NCBI GenBank assembly: GCA_020184695.1
Contig: JAANOX010000090.1
Coordinates: 1 to 9,342 of the forward strand
DNA length: 9,342 nucleotides
DNA from: Histomonas meleagridis 2922-C6/04-290x
Lineage: Eukaryota; Protista; Parabasalia
Reading direction: 5' to 3'
In this document: positions 1 to 6,627 of the stretch, piece by piece
Position numbering within the stretch: the first letter of the stretch is position 1
Layout: the number at the start of each line of letters is the position of its first letter
The notes under the pieces: model-generated
What the model was told of the DNA's origin: nothing
The model's input: the letters and a program-made list of their open reading frames with translations, nothing else
Database searches by the model: none
Translations under genes and position numbers: made by a program

Positions 1-280
1 GGTTATTTCCGATGAAATCCATATGGATGGAGTTTGTGATAAAGCAACAGGAAGAAATGGTTTTTGTAAATTTGCCATCATTTGTGACCTAGCAGAACTA
101 CTATTTTGATTTTGCGGTAAGGGAAGAATATTTGATCTAACACTAGCGTTTGGGTTAATTGTTGGTGCTTGAGTAATTAGTCGATTCGCGTGCGAACTTT
201 GCGATAGCAAATGCCTTAATCCACGTTTAACATTTTTTTTTTGTTTTTCTAATTCTTCGTTTGACTGCTTTCTTTGTCAT
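1..280 (-). pseudogene. Frameshifted gene for a protein with a Lys/Arg-rich N-terminus, running off the left edge
   Basis: ATG at 280-278 gives MTKKAVKRRIRKTKKKC*. Removing one A from the A-run at about 233-242 opens KNVKRGLRHLLSQSSHANRLITQAPTINPNASVRSNILPLPQNQNSSSARSQMMANLQKPFLPVALSQTPSIWISSEIT with no stop to base 1. Confidence 0.6.
185..211. repeat. Double hairpin (27 nt) inside coding sequence
   Basis: TTCGC-GT-GCGAA (185-196), then C, then TTTGC-GATA-GCAAA (198-211). Confidence 0.75.
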
Positions 281-303
281 TTTATAAAAATAAAAATATT
301 GAT

Positions 304-750
304 TTATAAATATTGAACTCTTGCTCTCCATCCGCGTTGTACCGGCACGTTATAAATTTGTTCTTGAGGTTCAGAAACTTGAGCTTCGGACGAAACTATA
401 TCTTCCTTTTGCTCCGAACCTTGTGAGTTTCGAGCATCTAGCGAGACTTGCTCGTCATTTAATGTTTGTTCGACCGAAGGAATATCCGTTTTTGATTTCT
501 TTGCTGTAACTCTAGCGTTACCGTTCTTGAAAAATTTGACGTCAAAAAATTCATTTTCAATTCCTTTTTTAGCATTAGCAATTATAATTTCTTTTTCTTC
601 TTGTGTTAAATCTTTTACCGCTTTCTTTGTTATCTTAACATCAGATGTTTTTTCTTCATTCACATTTTCGTTTTCATCATCCAAAACAATTTCTGTTTCG
701 CTCCGAAGGAGCTCAGGCTCGTAGAGCCGTTCAGTCTCGTTCTCTGCCAT
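304..750 (-). CDS. Acidic hypothetical protein, 148 aa, apparently intact
   Basis: Uninterrupted ORF with TAAATG start context like its neighbours. Glu/Asp-rich ends flank a more ordered middle (KKAVKDLTQEEKEIIIANAKKGIENEFFDVKFFKNG), and the C-terminus is PVQRGWRARVQYL. Confidence 0.75.
   Translation of the reverse strand: MAENETERLYEPELLRSETEIVLDDENENVNEEKTSDVKITKKAVKDLTQEEKEIIIANAKKGIENEFFDVKFFKNGNARVTAKKSKTDIPSVEQTLNDEQVSLDARNSQGSEQKEDIVSSEAQVSEPQEQIYNVPVQRGWRARVQYL
431..454. repeat. GC-rich hairpin inside the 304-750 CDS
   Basis: CGAGCA (431-436) and TGCTCG (449-454) are inverted repeats within a CpG-rich patch (about 381-480). Confidence 0.55.
700..728. repeat. Double hairpin with cGNAg triloops inside the 304-750 CDS
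   Basis: GCTCC-GAA-GGAGC (700-712), then TCA, then GGCTC-GTA-GAGCC (716-728). On the minus strand it reads RLYEPELLRS. Confidence 0.85.
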
Positions 751-788
751 TTATTAAATATAAAAAAATCAAAAAATCATTTAATGAA

Positions 789-1252
789 TCACATTAATCC
801 AGGAATCATTACTCTTGGTTGAGGTTTCATTACCGCAGGTTTCATTTGATATCTTTGTTGCTTACCTAAATTTTTGTTCGTGTTCGATCCATTGTTTAAA
901 TTTATCGCCTGCTTGAATCCACGGTTGGGTTTTATCCGAAATCTTTTGACCTGTGTCTAAAACACGTTCGGCTACTTCTTTGCCTTTATCTACGGCTCGT
1001 TTAATTTTGTCTTTAATCTTACCGTCAGGAACTGCATCAACTATTTTATCTATTTTTGTCTGTTATATCTCCTTTACGCTTTCTTACTGTATCAATTATT
1101 CCTGGAATCTTTTTATTAAATTCAATTCCTCGACTGATTATTGGCGAGACCTTACCGTAAATTCTCTTTCCTTTATCAATAACATTTCTTACAAGTCGTC
1201 CTGCATTTTGAATAAATTTTCTTATTCCACCGAATATACGACCTAATCCCAT
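789..1252 (-). pseudogene. Amphipathic-helix protein gene (about 153 aa reconstructed) broken by two single-base insertions
   Basis: ORF 1252-1046 continues after removing one A (run at about 1053-1057) as IDKIVDAVPDGKIKDKIKRAVDKGKEVAERVLDTGQKISDKTQPWIQAGDKFKQWIEHEQK. After removing a second base near 868 it continues as LGKQQRYQMKPAVMKPQPRVMIPGLM* (TGA at 791-789). 464-2=462 nt, i.e. 154 codons. An in-frame 10-bp repeat (822-831/837-846, MKP..MKP) supports the last segment. Confidence 0.7.
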
Positions 1253-1288
1253 TTAATATAATTAAAAAAACGTTTTAATAACTCTTAA
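1253..1288. promoter_or_regulatory. Candidate 36-bp bidirectional promoter between divergent genes
   Basis: Only 36 bp separate the divergent ATGs, and both are preceded by TTAA. A central dyad ATTAAAA-AAACG-TTTTAAT lies at 1261-1279. Confidence 0.5.
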
Positions 1289-2477
1289 ATGAGTCTAAAC
1301 GTTAATAAAGAAATTGACAAAAAACATTTTAAAACTTACAGTCACGTTAAAAAACACGTGCAAAATAAATTTCCAAATGTTAGTGAAAAGAAAATTAAAA
1401 AAGTAATATCAAGGAGATTGAAGGATAAATTTATTAAAACAAAAGATATAAAACCTTATATGATAAAAATATTTTCAACTATTCCAAATTGTTGGTTTCA
1501 TGATTTATATGATAATGGAAAAAATAAAAATCCTCGTTATTGGCACGTGTTTATTGGCACAAATAATAGATATGTTTACTGTTTACCGTTAATGTCAAAA
1601 TCAGCGTCTGCTGTTCATGAAACATTAAAACAATTCATTGTCAAATTCCATCCTGTAAAATTAACGTCAGATGAAGAACCAGCATTTATTGAAAAAAATA
1701 ATTTAAAACTTCTTTCTAAAAATAAAGTTGCCGTTCATACTATATCAGACAAAAAAACCCTTCGTCTTTAGGCATTATTGATAGATTCATGCGAACAATA
1801 AGAGATACGAATACTCCAACGGAAAATAATCTAAACATCAATCACATGATGAAAAAAAGACATTTATTACTCAATAAAGAATGAAAAAGTTTCTGAATAT
1901 TTATAATAATACTTACCATTCAGCCATCGGTTGTTCTCCAAAAGAAATGTTTGATAATAAAGATTTAGAAAAAGAATATATATTTAAATGTTTAGAATCA
2001 AAAAAAAAACAAAAATGTATTAAGAATTTAATTCTTCCTGTTGGCTCTTTTGTACGCTATATATTACCGCGTCATAATGGCATAACTAAAAAAAGATTTC
2101 AAATAAGTCGTGAATGTTATAAAATTGATGAACGGAAAGGAAATATGTACGTTTTAATTGCTCAAGACGGAACAGTAATTACTAAACCAAGATACAAACT
2201 AATACCTATTGGTAAGAATAAACCAAATAATATTAAAGGATTCAAAGAATCCGCGAGCACAAAGTGCTCTTGGGCGTCAACTATTCCTGGTAAATGGGTT
2301 GGTTCTGTTGAGTCAATTTTGTCATTTAATCCTAAAACAAATAAGTATAAAGTACTTTTTACCGTTCCTGGGCAACGTTCATATCAAGATGAAATTCCTG
2401 CTTCATTTCTCCGCGGTAATACTCCTCATAAACAGTCAGAAATTGAAAAAGAATTTTTTGAAAATAAACGGACATGA
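1289..2477 (+). pseudogene. int: Retroviral-type (rve, RNase H fold) integrase with a C-terminal SH3-like/chromo-like region; 2 frameshifts and 1 nonsense codon (about 395 aa reconstructed)
   Basis: Motifs WFHD (D1), LTSDEEPAF (D2), and after the A-run shift at 1751-1757, NPSSLGIIDRFMRTIRD (third acidic residue). A second shift lies at about 1828, TAA at 1875-1877, then IYNNTYHSAIGCSP (typical YN...HS.IG..P) and LPVGSFVRY. Confidence 0.85.
2238..2270. repeat. Double hairpin (33 nt, in frame) in the integrase C-terminal region
   Basis: GGATTC-AAA-GAATCC (2238-2252), then GC, then GAGCAC-AAA-GTGCTC (2255-2269). Encodes GFKESASTKCS. Confidence 0.9.
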
Positions 2478-2635
2478 CAAACTAACTAACTAACTAACTA
2501 ACTAAAAAATTTTGGAGAAAGAGTTTTCATAAATGGCAGTTTCTGGCAATCATCAATTTTCAACTTAGCGATTTGAGCTGAATTTTGCATGTTTACTGCT
2601 GCTGCTAACGATTAATTGACCGAAGAATTTTTTAA
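2474..2635 (+). pseudogene. Decayed ORF overlapping the integrase stop (ATGA), truncated by the TIR cassette
   Basis: ATG at 2474-2476 overlaps TGA at 2475-2477. After an (AACT)6 tract the frame reads FGERVFINGSFWQSSIFNLAI*AEFCMFTAAAN and the sequence then meets the TIR at 2635. Confidence 0.4.
2480..2503. repeat. (AACT)6 microsatellite
   Basis: Six perfect AACT units. Confidence 0.95.
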
Positions 2636-2776
2636 TGCTACCTGATAACTTGATATACCAGGTAGTTACCAGGTAATATTGCGATTAGCTAAAGGAAATT
2701 CAAAATTGTTCTGTGAGTTTCTCCGTTCATGCGAAATCACTTGAAAATCAAGAGTTTGCAGCAGTAAATGCCAAAA
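2635..2776 (+). repeat. Left terminal inverted repeat (perfect 2635-2700, diverged 2701-2776)
   Basis: 2635-2700 is the exact reverse complement of 4077-4142. 2701-2776 aligns ungapped to 4001-4076 at 60/76. Confidence 0.95.
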
Positions 2777-4141
2777 TGAAATTAAGATTAATTTTAAGAT
2801 AGTTTTTAATTTTTTTAACAAGTATAAAAAGAAGCGAACATGAGCATTGTTAATTTTACATGCACAAAAGATCCAAAAACATGTATTGTTACTTATAAAA
2901 CCGAAAAAAAAAAAAAAAAATACATTGACGGCAAAATTAATAAATATGTTGCTGAGCATAAAGAAGAAGTAAAAAGAACTTATTATTTAAAGAAAGAACA
3001 CACGAAGGAAGATTATGATAAGATTTTAGATGAGATAGAATATAATATGCATCACATCCCGGAGAAATGGCTAAAACCTGAAAATGAATTTATAACTGAA
3101 GATATGATCAAAGAACAATATAAAAAACAAGCTCAAGAAGAATATCAACTTGTTTTAAATGACATGAAAAAAGCTGAAAACTTCCAGAAATTTTTAATTC
3201 AAGAAAGAAAGAAATTAGAAAAATATCCTCGTTGTAATCAAAACGTCATTGACAATTTGACAGAATACATAAACCAAACCGTTAATTATTACCATCAAGA
3301 TTTAATTGATGAGTATTTCGAATTGTTCGTAAATAAAGTCAAAAAAACATTTGTCCGAAGGATAAAGATTATTCCAAAACAATTGAAAGCGTTTATATAA
3401 ACAAGAATGGAAAGCGAGCGATGCAAATTCTTGATAAATTTTCACAAAAAAATTAATTAATGCTTTAACTACAATTACATTTACGGTCAAAAATAATAAA
3501 ACTTCTGAATTTATGCTAATTGAAACAGTACTGAAAAATAAATTCAATAGATTAATTGATATTATGTATATGTTTATATCAAATTACATCAAAAAACAAA
3601 TAGACATTATTCCTGACGCTCATGAAATGTCGAATTCAAAAAAAGAAAAAACATATGCTGAAACTTTAATGTTTCGTTTAAATGAATCACTCACAGAAAA
3701 TCTTACTAAACTTTTTGAACGAAGAATTTAAGGAAAGAGTTAATTATCTCAAAAGAAGATTTAATAGCAACTAAATCATTTGCCGGAGCATTAAATTATG
3801 AAGATAAACAAAAAAACCAACGGATCCATTAGTTGATGAGGTTGAGGAAGATATAGATAATAATTCAGTAATTGTAATTCAAGATTCAAAACCAACGTTT
3901 GAGAATTTCTTAAAAACTCTTCCGGAAAATAAAATTGAAGTAAAAGAATTATGCTCAATGTATAATAATTATTTTAACACTAACGTTTCAACAATATTAT
4001 TTTTGTCATTTACTCCCGTAAACTCACGATTTTCACGTCATTTCACAAGATTTGAGAAACTCACATAACAATATTAAATTTCCTTTAGCTAATCGCAATA
4101 TTACCTGGTAACTACCTGGTATATCAAGTTATCAGGTAGCA
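2636..4141. mobile_element. 1.5-kb non-autonomous TIR cassette with 5'-TG...CA-3' ends carrying a decayed gene
   Basis: 66-bp perfect inverted repeats plus 76 bp at 60/76 identity. No transposase inside, and no TSD found (TTTAA versus TAGGA). Confidence 0.7.
2840..4068 (+). pseudogene. Multiply disrupted hypothetical helical/coiled-coil protein gene
   Basis: The 186-aa ORF 2840-3400 continues past TAA (TRMESERCKFLINFHKKIN). After a 4-bp TAAT duplication near 3457 it runs into ORF 3513-3731. After shifts near 3725 and 3815 it reads ...PTDPLVDEVEEDIDNNSVIVIQDSKPTFENFLKTLPENKIEVKELCSMYNNYFNTNVSTI, then runs into the right TIR and stops at 4066-4068. Confidence 0.65.
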
Positions 4142-4142
4142 T
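4001..4142 (-). repeat. Right terminal inverted repeat (diverged 4001-4076, perfect 4077-4142)
   Basis: Reverse complement of 2635-2776. Confidence 0.95.
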
Positions 4143-4187
4143 AGGATTAACAACAAAACACTAAAATCCACATAGGATTAACAACAA
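4140..4187. repeat. 17-bp direct repeat at the right TIR junction
   Basis: CATAGGATTAACAACAA at 4140-4156 and 4171-4187. Confidence 0.9.
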
Positions 4188-4323
4188 CTCAGCCGGATTC
4201 ATGCCTCACACATTTTAAATATAAATGTCATCATGAATTTAAATATATTTTATTACTTTCAATCAAAACCAACCGATTTATGATAATTCAATCGATTTTA
4301 GCCGTTCATCCTTTAGTTTATGT

Positions 4324-4368
4324 AGCGCGAGTGGGAGCGAGTGCGTAGCACGAAGCTCACATAGCGCT
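4324..4368. repeat. 45-nt imperfect GC-rich hairpin
   Basis: AGCGC-GA-GT-GG-GAGC-GA-GTGC-[GTA]-GCAC-GAA-GCTC-AC-ATA-GCGCT. Confidence 0.85.
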
Positions 4369-4384
4369 GTGTGTGTGTGTGTGT
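4368..4384. repeat. (TG)8 microsatellite abutting the hairpin
   Basis: TGTGTGTGTGTGTGTGT. Confidence 0.95.
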
Positions 4385-4449
4385 AATTTAGTTTCTTTTT
4401 ATTTTATATAATGAAAGAAATATTTTGCATCAGAATTTCTTGTTATGCT

Positions 4450-4938
4450 TTAATCAATAAAATTTTGTCGAATCATCTTCTCAATTATATAACGTGTTTC
4501 ATTTAATCGTTTTGAAATTATATAATCTTTAAACATATCAATGAGTTTTGGTTCGATGTTCGTTTCGATTTCGTCTTCTTTTGTTTGAAGAGATTGTATG
4601 ATTTTTTAGTAAATATTTATATCGTTGCTTTGTGAACAAAATGCGTTATAAATCATATCAACTATAACAATATTTATTGAATGTGCGTATTTTAATTGAA
4701 ATAATTTCATCATTTTTTTAATTGACATTACAAAATTTTGATCAGTTATATCGAATAAAATTTGCTCAATGTCGATGAGTGTTTCTAAGCAAATAGTTTG
4801 ATTTCTAGTAATTGATTTTTATCTTGATGATCTTACAGGGCTATAAGTGGTATCATCATCCATCATGTTGAGTTTCGATTTTCGAAAAATGTCATCGGAC
4901 GTTAATTCCACAGAAAATTTACCAGAATAAACGTTTTT
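4450..4938 (-). pseudogene. Hypothetical protein pseudogene (163-codon frame with two internal TAA); 5' end uncertain
   Basis: The frame reads KNVYSGKFSVELTSDDIFRKSKLNMMDDDTTYSPVRSSR*KSITRNQTICLETLIDIEQILFDIT...NDINIY*KIIQSLQTKEDEIETNIEPKLIDMFKDYIISKRLNETRYIIEKMIRQNFID*. Internal stops are at 4821-4819 and 4608-4606. Confidence 0.5.
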
Positions 4939-5597
4939 TTATGAACAATGACATTAATAACAATGCCAAAAGCAGTTTCAATATGTTCACAGAAGTTGTA
5001 TCGAAATAAGTTTCATATAAAATATTTTATATAGGAAGCACAGTATTATAATATATAAATAAAAAATTGTATTTTTATAATTGTGATTATGGTGTATTTT
5101 ATTCCATGCTTTAACAGAAATTTGTTTGTTAATATAAAATAAAAAAAATCCGAACTATTGAAATGTTGTTCATTTTAGTTTTCATTTTTTTTTCGAAAGA
5201 ATATGTGAGATATAGATAAGCTAGCTCTCAGTGCTGCAATAACACATCTTCTAGATACGAGGTGTATTAATCTCTTGTTTCCATTTAATAATCTTTTCAA
5301 ATCTTTAGTAGTTTGATTCGGGATAATACCTAATGATGTAATTCAATTAATAATTATATGAAAGTCTATTTTTATATTAAGTCTATTTTTGCATAATTCA
5401 ACATAATTACTGTATGAGATATACGGTCGAAATGTTAGCATCTTCATATATAGACAATTAATTTGATTAATATCATTATATTATTCTAGAGCACTTCGCA
5501 TACAATATAAATATATATATAATATTCATTAAATATTTCAGACAATTTGGGAAATTTTGAATTTTTCGTCAAAAAAAATTGAGGGATTAATTTTTTG

Positions 5598-5602
5598 TCA
5601 CA
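5598..5602 (+). promoter_or_regulatory. Possible Inr-like element upstream of the transposase ATG
   Basis: TCACA fits the trichomonad Inr consensus TCAY(T/A) and ends 17 nt before ATG 5620. The motif is short and depends on the host inference. Confidence 0.3.
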
Positions 5603-5619
5603 TTTTAAACACACAAAAA

Positions 5620-6627
5620 ATGATTGACCAAGATAGTGTCGCAAGATATTTCAGCCTAAAAAGATGGACAGCTGTTAAAATATATAATGATATGAAAGAG
5701 ACTTTAGGTGCTTCCTGTAAATGATATCAAAGTATTATTAGAGCAATTAGATTAGGAACAATCGGAACAAATAGTAATGAGTCTAAAAAATCAATTAATT
5801 TCACTGAACCATCAAACACTGATGAAAAAATTTTGGAGGTGCTTGATGAATTCCCTTTTCCTTCAGTTGAGCAAATAGCCCATAAAACAAATATCCCAAG
5901 GTCAACTGTTTACGATCACCTAATCAAAATTGGGTTCGTTTGCAGACATTTTCATTGGGTACCCAATTCTCTTACACCAGAGCAAAAAAAAGTGCGGGTT
6001 CGAATATGTACTAAACTATTAAAAGTCATAAGAACTGCAGAAAAAGATTCCTGGAGGCATTTTGTTACAGGAGATGAATCATGGTTTTATTTAAACTATG
6101 ATTATCAGAAAAGATGGGTACAAATAGGGAATAACCCAGGAGAAATTGTATCAAAGAAAATTTCATCTCAAAAATTCATGTTGTCAATATATTTCAATCC
6201 AAATGGTTTTGCTCTCGTTGACTGTCTTTGTAAAGGTAAAAAGTTTAATGTACACTACTACGTGAATAATATTTTATTCAAACTTGTTCAAAGATTCAAT
6301 GATTGTTCTGATAAAAATTTAATTTTGCACGTTGACAATGCAAAACCGCATACTGCTCGCATCACCACAAATTTTATTGACTCGAACCAGATGAAAAGAG
6401 CTCCACATCCCCCATATTCACCTGACGTAGCACCATCAGATTTTTATCTTTTGGATAATGTCAAAGAAAAGCTCAAGGGTTATTTATTTAAAACCCCTGA
6501 AGAGTTAAGACATCAGGTTCATCGAATTCTGAATGACATTTCAAAAGATGAATTGAACCGAGCTTTTCTAAACCTGGAAGAGAGATTACAAAGAGTTATT
6601 GATACCGAAGGTGAATACATTCACTAA
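5620..6627 (+). pseudogene. Mariner DD34D transposase, 335 codons with one in-frame TGA (5722-5724)
   Basis: ATG 5620 is in frame with ORF 5833-6627. Motifs: WVPNSL (WVPHEL-like), VTGDESW, HVDNAKPH, YSPDVAPSDF; 34 residues lie between D2 and D3. Confidence 0.92.

Larger units (their letters stand above)
1..2635. mobile_element. Fragment of an integrase-bearing virus-like element (Polinton/Maverick-like or PLV-like); left part lies outside the window
   Basis: Tightly packed intronless ORFs (gaps of 23, 38 and 36 bp, and an ATGA overlap) around an rve integrase with an SH3-like/chromo-like C-terminus. No capsid, pPolB, ATPase or protease is visible in the window, so the class is inferred. Confidence 0.55.

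Noticed and set aside
321-1246. Plus-strand ORFs 321-509, 527-724 and 953-1246
   Set aside because: They are antisense shadows of the minus-strand genes, with no independent coding signal.
2209-2493. 94-aa plus-strand ORF
   Set aside because: Alternative frame overlapping the integrase, with no recognisable features.
2666-2959. 97-aa minus-strand ORF ending in the left TIR
   Set aside because: It spans a poly-T tract and the TIR, and the equivalent frame in the right TIR contains a stop. It is probably non-coding.
3302-3547. 81-aa minus-strand ORF
   Set aside because: Antisense to the cargo pseudogene.
5256-5270. TACGAGGTGTATTAA, resembling a mariner terminus
   Set aside because: No partner inverted copy was found in the window, and it is too short to call.
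5362-5390. 12-bp direct repeat AAGTCTATTTTT
   Set aside because: Low-complexity local duplication with no associated structure.
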